IMG/VR virus record: IMGVR_UViG_3300048898_000030
Span: 1 to 40,266 of that record
Direction: 5' to 3' (one strand)
DNA: 40,266 nucleotides
From: a virus
Lineage: Duplodnaviria > Caudoviricetes
In this document: in pieces, positions 25,084-33,681 of the stretch
Position numbering within the stretch: position 1 is the stretch's first letter
How the letters are laid out: the number at the start of each line of letters is the position of its first letter
Made by a program: the position numbers and the translations under genes
The notes under the pieces: model-generated
The model's input: only the letters and a program-made list of their open reading frames with translations
Told to the model about the DNA's origin: nothing
The model's database searches: none

Positions 25084-25549
25084 CATATCCCCGTACAAAC
25101 TCACCGCCGCCATGGCTGCCGTATCGCGCCTCAAGGCGGAACTCGCCGAGCAGGACGCCGACATGATCCTGGCGTCAGTAGAATCCCAGACCGGAGCCCT
25201 TGAGCTTATGGATCTGGTCATCGAGGCCGTCGTTGCGGACGAGGAGTTGGTGGAGCGGGGTACCGCTCGCCTGAAACGAATTACCGCCAGGGCCAATCGG
25301 CATCGGCTGATCCTGAAAGCGATGATGCAGGAAATCGCCGAGCGTGTGGAACGCCCGCTGGCCACTCTGTCCGTCTCGCACCGCACCGAGTTGGCAGAGG
25401 TTCCGACCAACGAGGAACTACCATCGACGTTCCTCCGCTCGGCCCCTGATAAGACGCTGATCACCAAGACGCTGCGCAGCGGCGGCAACGTGCCCGGCTA
25501 CGAACTGCGCGAAAAGCCTGACTTAACCATGACCCTGCGGAGTGCGTGA
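25076..25549 (+). CDS. Gp157-like (Mu Gam-like) protein
   Basis: Coiled coil ending in LP..F....PDK..I...L..G.NVPG.EL; directly upstream of ERF. Confidence 0.75.
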   Translation: MADISPYKLTAAMAAVSRLKAELAEQDADMILASVESQTGALELMDLVIEAVVADEELVERGTARLKRITARANRHRLILKAMMQEIAERVERPLATLSVSHRTELAEVPTNEELPSTFLRSAPDKTLITKTLRSGGNVPGYELREKPDLTMTLRSA

Positions 25550-26430
25550 CTATGAACGAGATCATTCCAGCCAACGGCGCCCTGATGTCGTTCATCGAGC
25601 GTGCTGCGAAAGACGAGACGTTCGACGTGGCAAAGTTCGAGACGCTGCTGCGCGTGCGCCGTGATGAGGCCCACGACCAGTCACGCCGGGCGTTCAATGC
25701 CGCGATGGCGTCATGCCAGAGCGAGATGGAGCCGGTGCTGCGCGATTCCACCAATCCCGGTGTGCGCAGTAAATACGCGAAGCTCGAAGCGATCGACCAG
25801 CAGATGCGGCCGATCTACACACGTCACGGCTTCTCGGTGCGGTTCGGTTCAGCGCCACCGCCGCAGCCCGGCTGGATGCGGATAACCTGCACCGTGGCGC
25901 ATGACGCCGGATATTTCGAGGAAAACTACCTCGACAGCCCCGTGACCACACAAGGTTCGCAAGGCGGCCGCATCGCCATGACGCCGGTGCAGGCGGTCGG
26001 CAGCGTCGTCACCTATCTGCGCCGGTATCTGCTAGGCATGGTGTTCAATATCGTGCTGGCGGATATGGCCGGCGAGGATGACGACGGCGAAGGCTCGCGC
26101 CGCGCTGCTGCCACCGCCACGCCACGCGGTGCCCGTATAGCCGAGCGTGCCCCGACCTACGAGGCGCCCCCGCCGAAGAAGGTGGATCGTTCGCAGTGGA
26201 CCGACGCCCAATGGCAGGCGTGGGTGGAAAAGTTTGGGCCGGCCGTGGCTGTGCTGTACAGCCGCCAGGACGTGGTGGATGTGGCCGAGAAAGATAGCGT
26301 CAAAGACGCCCTGCAATACGGCTCGGAGCGGGTGCGAGAGGAAGTGTCAAAGATCCTCTCCGATGGCTACAAGCGCTTCCCAGAGGACGGCACCGAGGCG
26401 CACGAGCCGGCGACGGAGGGTGTGGCGTGA
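25546..26430 (+). CDS. erf: ERF-family single-strand annealing recombinase
   Basis: AFNAAM...Q.E...V, SKYA.LE.I....RP....HGFS, QAVGSVVTYLRRY, EDDDG. Confidence 0.88.
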   Translation: MTMNEIIPANGALMSFIERAAKDETFDVAKFETLLRVRRDEAHDQSRRAFNAAMASCQSEMEPVLRDSTNPGVRSKYAKLEAIDQQMRPIYTRHGFSVRFGSAPPPQPGWMRITCTVAHDAGYFEENYLDSPVTTQGSQGGRIAMTPVQAVGSVVTYLRRYLLGMVFNIVLADMAGEDDDGEGSRRAAATATPRGARIAERAPTYEAPPPKKVDRSQWTDAQWQAWVEKFGPAVAVLYSRQDVVDVAEKDSVKDALQYGSERVREEVSKILSDGYKRFPEDGTEAHEPATEGVA

Positions 26431-26606
26431 AAGCATCAATCATTGTCGCCAGCACCTTAACCGCCATTCTGGTGCTACCTCAGTTGGTGTTCGGCACACT
26501 CACGGGGGCGGAGGCTATCGTTGCGACGATTCACTCGTTCTGTGCCGCCTTTCTGGTGATGATCTTTGCACCACAACTTGCGCAATTCGTGCCTCATACA
26601 GATTGA
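26427..26606 (+). CDS. Small two-TM membrane protein (59 aa, absent from the ORF track)
   Basis: GGAGG SD; GTG overlaps the erf stop; MKASIIVASTLTAILVLPQLVF...PHTD. Confidence 0.6.
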   Translation: MKASIIVASTLTAILVLPQLVFGTLTGAEAIVATIHSFCAAFLVMIFAPQLAQFVPHTD

Positions 26607-26674
26607 TAAAGTGTGCGTAAACGGACGTTTGCAGAGGTGGCCGAGAAGCCCTGTTCACGATTAGGAACGATACG

Positions 26675-26917
26675 ATGGCCGATGATACGCAATGGGCGAA
26701 CGCCATTCTCGCCCAGGCTAACAATGGCGGCGTGCAGCGTGTCATCACGGCAATCAACCGAGAGCACACCAGCCGGGCCGACGTGATCGTGGCCTGCGCG
26801 CAGGTGCTTGGTCAGTCGATCGTCCCCAGCGGCCCCGTCATCGCTGGCGAGATCCGGCGAGGCATCATGTCGCTCATCGATGGGTATGCCATGCAGTCCG
26901 CAACGAATACAGATTGA
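26675..26917 (+). CDS. Hypothetical protein
   Basis: AGGA SD; flanked by imperfect direct repeats. Confidence 0.65.
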   Translation: MADDTQWANAILAQANNGGVQRVITAINREHTSRADVIVACAQVLGQSIVPSGPVIAGEIRRGIMSLIDGYAMQSATNTD

Positions 26918-27104
26918 TACAATGCACGAAAACGCTGGTATGCAGAAGTCTCGGACATTCGCGGACGGCATGAAAAGCCTCTGGCACAGCGGTATCCGTG
27001 ACGTCGCCGAGGGCGGAACAGGCGCCGGAGCGTGCGCCGAGTTGCTTACCGCGCGTTAATCACACCTGCCACAATCGGCGTAACCCTATGACTAGGAACA
27101 GGAA

Positions 27105-27497
27105 ATGAGCGACTTCAAGCCGACCATCTGCATCGACTTCGATGGCGTGATCCATAGTTATGAGCGGGGCTGGCAGGGCGGCGAAATCTACGGCGAGGTC
27201 GTGCCCTACTTCTTCCCTTGGGCTGAACAAGCGCAAAAGCAGTTCAAGCTGACCATCTATTCGTCACGATCCTCTACAGACGAAGGAAGGCTGGCGATGG
27301 GCAAATGGCTGGCCGAGAAGCTGCGGACGTGGGAAGGCGAACCGATCGAGTTGCACATGACGGCTGAAAAGCCCGCCGCCTGGGTGACGATCGATGACCG
27401 AGCGGTGCAGTTCACCGGAAACTGGATGGCGCCCGAGCTTGCACCGGATACGTTGCGCGCCTTCAAACCGTGGAACGCGAGGCCGACCAATGATTAA
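27105..27497 (+). CDS. HAD-superfamily phosphatase-like protein
   Basis: [10 protein letters not shown] (motif I), YSSR, KP.A...IDDRA. Confidence 0.85.
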   Translation: MSDFKPTICIDFDGVIHSYERGWQGGEIYGEVVPYFFPWAEQAQKQFKLTIYSSRSSTDEGRLAMGKWLAEKLRTWEGEPIELHMTAEKPAAWVTIDDRAVQFTGNWMAPELAPDTLRAFKPWNARPTND

Positions 27498-27738
27498 GGC
27501 GATCGCCAGCGATGGCACCGGCAAGAAGATACTTGTGATCGGCCTCAGCTTCGGGAACCTCGATAAATTCCGAGCCGAGCCGGGCTACACGTTCATCAGG
27601 ATCATCGGTAGAGAGGTCGGCTTGCCGGTGGACGTGATGATATTTTCAGGTGAAACCGAAGCGCATTGCGCAGAGGTCCTGGCGGGCGGAATAGGCCCCA
27701 AGACCAAGGTCCATGTGAGTGATCGCGCCAAAGGATAA
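27490..27738 (+). CDS. Hypothetical protein
   Basis: MIKA...[10 protein letters not shown]...VMIFSGETE; overlaps the previous gene. Confidence 0.7.
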   Translation: MIKAIASDGTGKKILVIGLSFGNLDKFRAEPGYTFIRIIGREVGLPVDVMIFSGETEAHCAEVLAGGIGPKTKVHVSDRAKG

Positions 27739-27851
27739 TTCGCCAACGCAATCAGAATTTGGCGCCTAACCCTATGACAACGCTAGAAACACCGTTGCGC
27801 GTCCGTTGTCGGAACGACGGATTAGCAAACCCTCGTTTGCAGGGGTGGCCG

Positions 27852-28019
27852 ATGTCAACTCGCTATAACGTCGTGGTTGAACGCGAGGAATACGACGAGG
27901 CCACCGGCAAGGTGACCGGGCGTGCCGAATACCGCATCGACGCTTATGGCCTGCTCCAAGAGGCGTGGGACGCCGTGCAGGAACAGGTCGAAAAGTTAGG
28001 CTGGTTCGATGACAGATGA
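27852..28019 (+). CDS. Small hypothetical protein
   Basis: AGGGGT SD; MSTRYNVVVERE... Confidence 0.6.
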   Translation: MSTRYNVVVEREEYDEATGKVTGRAEYRIDAYGLLQEAWDAVQEQVEKLGWFDDR

Positions 28020-28055
28020 GCTACCTCCACTAATCGACGTTAGCGGAGGAACCTG

Positions 28056-28157
28056 ATGGCGCTTGCTCTCTGCCTCGCCGTCCTCGGTGCTGGCGGTGCC
28101 ATGCTGGCCGCGCTGGTGCTGATCCATCGTGCATTTCGTTTACCACGCCAGAGTTGA
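28056..28157 (+). CDS. 33-aa single-TM peptide
   Basis: GGAGG SD within a hairpin (28024-28049); MALALCLAVLGAGGAMLAALVLIHRAFRLPRQS. Confidence 0.5.
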   Translation: MALALCLAVLGAGGAMLAALVLIHRAFRLPRQS

Positions 28158-28187
28158 GGCTGCCACATTCCCCGGAGGCCCGCAGAA

Positions 28188-28326
28188 ATGGCCGAGCCCA
28201 GACCAGACTCCACTGCCGTAGGCGCGCTGGTCGAGCGCATCCGCCCGATCCTGGCCGGGCACCCGCCGCAGGTTCAGGGCGCGGTGCTGGCCGACCTCGT
28301 GGCCATCTTCATCGCCGGCCATCGCG
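28188..28326 (+). pseudogene. Apparently truncated hypothetical gene
   Basis: Coherent up to ...LADLVAIFIAGHR, then reads through the antisense of the opposing gene. Confidence 0.5.
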
Positions 28327-28465
28327 TCGTCGCAGTGCCGCCGGCGTTCGCAGTCGCCGTGATGGTATTGCCGGCACCGATTTGGCCGAAGGTCAGGATG
28401 ACGGCGCCCTGTGCAGGCAGGGCAAGCAGGGCAGCAGCAGAGGCAGCGAGCAGGGCGCGCAGCAT
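28274..28465 (-). pseudogene. Apparently truncated secreted protein (PEP-CTERM-like N-terminus)
   Basis: Signal peptide MLRALLAASAAALLALPAQG-AVILTFGQ...; runs into the antisense of the opposing gene at about 28325. Confidence 0.5.
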
Positions 28466-28500
28466 GGTGGGCTCTTTCATGTTGGAGGGGCAGGCACGTC

Positions 28501-29130
28501 TCAGTGCGTTGCGAGCAGCTTGGCGACCTCTCGCGCTGCACCGACCGCGACGTTCTCGTTGCTGGCGTCGGTGGCCTTCGGCCAGCTTAGGTAGATGACC
28601 GCGACGAAGCTCTCGGCGGTCGGCGGAATAGGAATGGCGCAGCCACGCCGCATCCCGCGCTCATAGAGACGCCGCGCCACCGGGGTGCCCTCGGGTCCGA
28701 GGTCCACGCAGGTTGGCTTACCGTCGAGTATCTCGACCAGCTTCCGCACGTCCGATGCATGGTCGATGATCGGCAGCCGGCGCGGCGACGGGATCACCGG
28801 GCGCTCGCCATCGTGCCGCCGGGCGGCGAGGAACCGCTGCGAATTACTCGACAGATCGACCGCCCAGACCTGCACCAGGGCGGCATCGGTCGATGTCGCG
28901 AGTTCCGCCAGCGCCTCGGGCACGGCATCGGTGCGCAGTTCCGGCGTGTCCGGCGTCATCCACGCCTCGAATAGCTCATCGCGCTTTTCGTAGATCAGCC
29001 AACCCGCCAGCCCGACGACGAACATGGCAATGATAGCGGCCACCTTCCAAGGGCGATCGACGTACGACAGCACTGCGGAAACATACCCAGCCGCCCCGCT
29101 ATAATCGCGCCGGGGCGGCTCCTCGGTCAC
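28501..29130 (-). CDS. Putative holin (T4 T-like: one TM plus a GAF-like domain)
   Basis: Single N-terminal TM; about 160-aa alpha/beta domain with two Cys ending GCAIPIP...VAVIYLSW; end of the late operon. Confidence 0.5.
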   Translation of the reverse strand: MTEEPPRRDYSGAAGYVSAVLSYVDRPWKVAAIIAMFVVGLAGWLIYEKRDELFEAWMTPDTPELRTDAVPEALAELATSTDAALVQVWAVDLSSNSQRFLAARRHDGERPVIPSPRRLPIIDHASDVRKLVEILDGKPTCVDLGPEGTPVARRLYERGMRRGCAIPIPPTAESFVAVIYLSWPKATDASNENVAVGAAREVAKLLATH

Positions 29131-30849
29131 CTAATAGCTCGTGGGCGCAGCCATTGCCCATTTGCGCCGGCAGTAGCTGTTGCCGTCCGTGTTTCGCTGC
29201 ATCTGCTGCAGCAGCCAGTCGTAGCACGCCTTGGCCTGTGGCACGCCCGCCTGTGATGCCAGCGCCAGCGCGCCGAGCGCATAGGACGGATAGGTCAGGT
29301 CCACCCGCTCAGGCATCACGTCTGGATCGTTGCAATCCACAGCCTCCGGCTGGAAATGCTCGTTGAGATCCCACGCCACGCCCCAGTGGTCGGCGTATGG
29401 CGCGTCAGACGACGCCTTGACCACGAGCGTGTACAGCGTGGGAACTGCCCGCACCCAGCCCGAGGTGCCATTGGTGCGGGACATCACGTCGAGCGACTTC
29501 CACTCCAGGATCGGCCGCCAGTCCTCGTGGCCAAGTTGCACCACATGCGCGAGCACCGAGGTCAGGTAATCCTCCATCCACACGGACACGTAGCTGTCCG
29601 CCGGTATCGGCGGTGCGACCGGCGCTCCCTTGGCATCGGACATCAGGTTCAGATTGCAGAACGGCGGCGCGTCAGATGACACGTAACGGTCCATAAACCA
29701 CTGTCGCTGATCGTCCAGCCGGCTCTTGAACAGACTACGCGGCAACAGCCAGGACGGCGCGGTGTCCGGCGTCACAGTCGCGGCCCGCGCCAGCCCCCGC
29801 AGCGTCCATGCGACGGCCCGCACCGCGTTGCCGAGCGAAAAGTTCTGCCGCGCCCCTGGCGAGAGGCACACCACGTCATAGACGGCGGCGAACTGCATCT
29901 CCTCCAGCGCATACGGATCGCCGGTCAGGAGGAACGGCAGATACGCAAGCGCCGGTTCGTGCGCGGGATCGAGCGTAATCGGGCTGGTCGGATTCTCGAT
30001 CTGCGGATCTCCGCCGGTGGTGCCGTACATCGTGGCATTCGGGTATTGCGTCCAATCGAGCGGCGCGCACGTGGTCTCGTCGCGAAAATGCCAGGGCAAC
30101 GTCCCGCTGGCCTGGAGCTGCGCCATCACCGAGGACCACGCCACATCAGTCCCCTGGCATAGGAACTCTGCCTGCGCCTCGGTGAACAGGCCGATTTCAT
30201 CGCGCTCGCCGGTCGAGGGGATATAGGCCGTGAGGCCAGCAAGGCTCATGGGTCCGTCATATGTGCGCGGATTGGATAGCGGGATGGCCGAGCCGAATAG
30301 CGCTTCGCTGTAGGGCGGCAGCGATGTGGCACAACTCTCTGGCTGGTAGATGATCGGCCGCGGAGCGCTCTGCCAACGCCAACGCGAATGCCAGTAGTGC
30401 TCCGGTGCCTGCACCACGGCGAGCGTGGTCTGACCGCGAAATATGGTGCAGAGGTATGCGTCCATATTGGACGGCTCCACGTCCCACAAGCCGCCCAGTT
30501 CAAACACCACCTCGTCGCGCGCCGGGATACCTCGGTCGCGCCTGAACATGACGCGGAAGCCCAGCAGGTCGGGCAGTGTGCAGAGGACGCAGCGCTGGAC
30601 GAAATGGCCGCCAGGCTCGTGGTAGTCGCCGAGGTCCACGCCCAGCACCTCGTCGTAGATGTAGGACGCGCCGCCGTAGTCGATGCGGACGCACAGCGGC
30701 GCGGTGTCGTCGTCCGGCGGCGGTGTTGGTTCTGGTGGCTCCGGTGCAAGTGGCGTGAGCGTGACGACGGCAGAAACGTCCAGCGGCTCGTAGCCGGGCA
30801 GGTTGGCCGTGACAGTCAGCGTAATCTCGTTGGTGATGGGATCGGGCAC
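29131..30849 (-). CDS. Large hypothetical protein, possible alpha/alpha-barrel glycan lyase
   Basis: Aromatic-rich; GER.EIG, PWHFRD, D.AH.P.LAY.PFLLTGD...LEE.QF, RAVAW.LR motifs. Confidence 0.5.
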   Translation of the reverse strand: MPDPITNEITLTVTANLPGYEPLDVSAVVTLTPLAPEPPEPTPPPDDDTAPLCVRIDYGGASYIYDEVLGVDLGDYHEPGGHFVQRCVLCTLPDLLGFRVMFRRDRGIPARDEVVFELGGLWDVEPSNMDAYLCTIFRGQTTLAVVQAPEHYWHSRWRWQSAPRPIIYQPESCATSLPPYSEALFGSAIPLSNPRTYDGPMSLAGLTAYIPSTGERDEIGLFTEAQAEFLCQGTDVAWSSVMAQLQASGTLPWHFRDETTCAPLDWTQYPNATMYGTTGGDPQIENPTSPITLDPAHEPALAYLPFLLTGDPYALEEMQFAAVYDVVCLSPGARQNFSLGNAVRAVAWTLRGLARAATVTPDTAPSWLLPRSLFKSRLDDQRQWFMDRYVSSDAPPFCNLNLMSDAKGAPVAPPIPADSYVSVWMEDYLTSVLAHVVQLGHEDWRPILEWKSLDVMSRTNGTSGWVRAVPTLYTLVVKASSDAPYADHWGVAWDLNEHFQPEAVDCNDPDVMPERVDLTYPSYALGALALASQAGVPQAKACYDWLLQQMQRNTDGNSYCRRKWAMAAPTSY

Positions 30850-30860
30850 TGCGAATCTCC

Positions 30861-30898
30861 TTGCAATCTCACGCTGGATGTCCTACATGGTCGGACAT
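30861..30898 (+). promoter_or_regulatory. Promoter with inverted-repeat operator for the RHH cassette
   Basis: TTGCAA-N17-TACATG; ATGTCC-N9-GGACAT dyad 30878-30898 overlaps the -10 and the start codon. Confidence 0.55.
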
Positions 30899-31055
30899 GG
30901 AAGCACTCGCTCCGACAATCACCATCCGGCTACCGCCGGAGCTGCGCGTTCAGCTTGAGCATGCGGCGGCTAAGGTAGATCGGCCGCTGTCGTACATTGT
31001 GCGCAAAGCGCTTGCCGAGTGGCTACGACGCCACGGTGCGCCGCGTGACCGATGA
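30897..31055 (+). CDS. Ribbon-helix-helix (CopG/Arc-like) regulator
   Basis: TITIRLPPELRVQLE..A....RPLSYIVRKAL.EWL. Confidence 0.85.
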   Translation: MEALAPTITIRLPPELRVQLEHAAAKVDRPLSYIVRKALAEWLRRHGAPRDR

Positions 31056-31269
31056 TGAGCGACAGGATCTCAAGGACAAGCTGCTGATGGCTGACCTATC
31101 GCTGAAAACCCGACAGAGCTTCTGGGAGACGCCTCGGAATCTCGCATTGATCGTAGCGGCGGCTGCCGGCATTGCTGGCGTCCTGGGGTTCAAGTTGGGT
31201 CAACGTGAGCCGCTGCCGCAGCAACTGGTATTCCCGCCCGGCACTATCATCACGGTGCCAAACCGCTAA
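31045..31269 (+). CDS. Small single-TM protein
   Basis: GTG start overlapping the RHH gene; WETPRNLALIVAAAAGIAGVLGFKLG. Confidence 0.65.
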   Translation: MTDDERQDLKDKLLMADLSLKTRQSFWETPRNLALIVAAAAGIAGVLGFKLGQREPLPQQLVFPPGTIITVPNR

Positions 31270-31271
31270 GC

Positions 31272-31433
31272 GAGGACGACGCCCCAGGGCTGAGGCGCCG
31301 CCCTCTAACCGCCACCGAGAAGGAACCTCGACCGCGGCTGCACCCAGACTAGCAGCCATCCACGAACCAGCGCGACGGCCCGCCCGTCCCCCGCGCTGAC
31401 GACCCCTGGGCACAACCGAGAAGGAACCTCGAC
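31272..31433 (+). promoter_or_regulatory. Structured leader, copy 4, with duplicated RBS hairpin
   Basis: Imperfect stem 31272-31305; CTAACC; ACCGAGAAGGAACCTCGAC at 31314-31332 and 31415-31433. Confidence 0.6.
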
Positions 31434-31571
31434 ATGCTTAAGCTCGCCGCCCTGATTGCCGCCGTGGTGATCGGCTCCCTCGCCGCCGTCAGTATCGCCG
31501 ATGCCACCTCATGCACCACAACGTGCAGCGGCTGGGGTAATTCACGCACCTGCTATACCAACTGCTTCTAA
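31434..31571 (+). CDS. Secreted four-cysteine peptide (45 aa, absent from the ORF track)
   Basis: AAGGA SD; MLKLAALIAAVVIGSLAAVSIADA/TSCTTTCSGWGNSRTCYTNCF. Confidence 0.75.
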   Translation: MLKLAALIAAVVIGSLAAVSIADATSCTTTCSGWGNSRTCYTNCF

Positions 31572-31577
31572 CCCCCA

Positions 31578-31603
31578 GGGGCGCCGGTTCACGCTGGCGC
31601 CCC
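31578..31603 (+). terminator. GC-rich hairpin after the peptide gene
   Basis: GGGGCGCCGG..CTGGCGCCCC; no U-tract, so it may be a stability element. Confidence 0.35.
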
Positions 31604-31618
31604 GCATTGGAGACTGAG

Positions 31619-31741
31619 ATGATCGGCGGACTTCTGATTTCTCTGGTTTTCTTTTATCTGATCGTTTGGTGGCCGGCGTCCTATGGCGTGAAGCTCGATC
31701 GGGAGCGGGCTGAAGCTGAACGGAAGCGCTACGGGTTTTGA
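31619..31741 (+). CDS. 40-aa single-TM peptide
   Basis: ATTGGAGACT RBS; MIGGLLISLVFFYLIVWWPASYGVKLDRERAEAERKRYGF. Confidence 0.6.
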   Translation: MIGGLLISLVFFYLIVWWPASYGVKLDRERAEAERKRYGF

Positions 31742-31768
31742 TTATCCGGTGGAATTGGAGACTACGTT

Positions 31769-31834
31769 ATGATTCACGTCCTGGTCCTGATGTTCGTCTT
31801 TCTGGCCATCGTTAATTGGGTCGAGCGCCTTTAG
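31769..31834 (+). CDS. 21-aa hydrophobic peptide
   Basis: Same ATTGGAGACT RBS; MIHVLVLMFVFLAIVNWVERL. Confidence 0.45.
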   Translation: MIHVLVLMFVFLAIVNWVERL

Positions 31835-33678
31835 CGCAACTGATCGACCACACCGCTACCCAGCAGGTTTGTCGCCCCCGGAACCAGATACTGGTTCGAG
31901 GCCGCCGCCCCACGACTGGCCGGGTTCAACGTGCCCTCGATCATCGAGCGTCCGACAGCAGGGCTGCGTATGCCGGCTTGCAGTCCCCGGTTGAGCAGCA
32001 GTGCGGCAGCAACCTGCGCAGCGATCATCGGATGGGCCACAGCACCTGCCGCACCTCCACCCAGGATGCCACCCATGACGACGTTGCGCGCCGCGGTGCC
32101 GCTGTCCGGAGATGGGCTGAAGAACAGCTTGCCGATGTTGGCCAGGTCGCCGACGTCGCCGCCGCCGGTATAGGCGAAGCCCCCGGTGGACGGGTCGAAT
32201 CGCTTTGACTGCTCAATTACCCGCTGCTGAAAGCCGCTCGGGTTCACGTCGCCTAACGCGCCGCGCTGCTCCACCAGCGGCTGCACGGTTTTCAGCACGC
32301 GATACTGCTTGCGTGCCTCGGTCAAGGCAGCCTGATCCTCAGGAGCCGCCGAGCGCTGGAACGCTCCATCCAGCGCGTTCTTGATCTTCATACCGAACGC
32401 CGCGACTGTCGGATCATCGCTACCAATGACGGTATCGAGTGGGCCGCCGGTCTGTGTCAGGTTCTGGTATGCCTTGCCGCTGATCTGCCCGTTGCCGTCC
32501 TTGAACGCATTGAGCACGTTCTGGAACTGCGCCTTGATCGGCGTCTTTTGCGCTTCGGTTAGCCCATACTGCGGCATCTCCATCGCGATATTCGCCAGAT
32601 CACCCTGCAACGGGGCGCCGCCCTGGATCGTCGTCCGATTGGCAACGTCATCGAACACGCCGCCGATGCGCTTTCCGGCACGTCCCATCACATCATAGGT
32701 GATGCCCTTATCCGTATCCTCGCCGAACAGCCTGGCCACCGCTCCCTGCCATTGCCGCCGCTGCGCGGTTTCATCCACGCCGCTGAACGGCAGCTTGCCG
32801 GTCTGATCGGCGATCAGCTTATAGGTCGGATTGTTCGTCAGTTTGCTGGGGTCAATGTCGATACCGAACGCGGCTTTGGCCTTTTGCGCCCAGTTCGCCA
32901 TGTCGGGATCGACCATATTTGCCACCCGCCCGGCCATCGCGCGGATCGGATAACTGGCCGCACCAATCACCGGGCCGGCCGCCGCGCCCGTAAGCGCGCC
33001 AGTTGCCGCGCCTTCCGCCAACGACTGGTCTGGTGGGGCCGTCAAAGCCCCTGTTACTCCGCCGGCCACGGCTCCCTGTGCCCCAAGCGTACCAAGTGCC
33101 GTAGCAAGACGTGGCACCACGCCAGCACCTTCTGCGGCACGGGCGCCGCCACCCAGGAAAGAGACAGCAGGCGCAATCGCGGGCACTGCTTGCGCGAGCG
33201 CGCGGCCGGCAATGCCGCCGGCCCCCAGCACCGGCGCAGTGGCGATCGTCTGACCGCCGGCTCGCCCTATCGATGCCGCCGGACTATCGCCATACTGCTG
33301 CTCGAACTTCTGGCGTTCCTCCGCAGTGCGCTGGGTCGCGGTATCGCCGACGCCGAACTGTCGCAGCAACCAGGTCGATGGTGTGTCGCCCACGTCATGC
33401 ACACCACGCACCACGCCTTCAGCCAGTTGTTTGCCGACACCAGGCGGCCCGCTCGCAATGAACGGCGTCGGGTTGACGATCTCATTCCACAGCTTCGGCG
33501 CCGCCCCCAGGATGCTTTGCCAGGATGACGACAGGACGCCGGGCTTCGGCGGAGCAGGACCGGGCGTCCGCGTTGAGCCTAACCCTGGATCAACGTCCGG
33601 ATCATAGACCTCGCCTGGCCCCTGGTGATGGCTTCCGCCGCCCCCTGGGTCATTGTCCGGATCATAGATTTCGGCCAT
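31831..33678 (-). CDS. Internal virion / DNA ejection protein
   Basis: Gly/Ala-rich hydrophobic segments; C-terminal PDSGTAAR motif; position after the nozzle. Confidence 0.75.
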   Translation of the reverse strand: MAEIYDPDNDPGGGGSHHQGPGEVYDPDVDPGLGSTRTPGPAPPKPGVLSSSWQSILGAAPKLWNEIVNPTPFIASGPPGVGKQLAEGVVRGVHDVGDTPSTWLLRQFGVGDTATQRTAEERQKFEQQYGDSPAASIGRAGGQTIATAPVLGAGGIAGRALAQAVPAIAPAVSFLGGGARAAEGAGVVPRLATALGTLGAQGAVAGGVTGALTAPPDQSLAEGAATGALTGAAAGPVIGAASYPIRAMAGRVANMVDPDMANWAQKAKAAFGIDIDPSKLTNNPTYKLIADQTGKLPFSGVDETAQRRQWQGAVARLFGEDTDKGITYDVMGRAGKRIGGVFDDVANRTTIQGGAPLQGDLANIAMEMPQYGLTEAQKTPIKAQFQNVLNAFKDGNGQISGKAYQNLTQTGGPLDTVIGSDDPTVAAFGMKIKNALDGAFQRSAAPEDQAALTEARKQYRVLKTVQPLVEQRGALGDVNPSGFQQRVIEQSKRFDPSTGGFAYTGGGDVGDLANIGKLFFSPSPDSGTAARNVVMGGILGGGAAGAVAHPMIAAQVAAALLLNRGLQAGIRSPAVGRSMIEGTLNPASRGAAASNQYLVPGATNLLGSGVVDQLR

Positions 33679-33681
33679 GCG

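Noticed and set aside
26596-28050. CRISPR array or integron attC sites
   Set aside because: The repeats are degenerate, irregularly spaced and separated by genes. There is no complete RYYYAAC..GTTRRRY pairing, and no cas gene or integron integrase.
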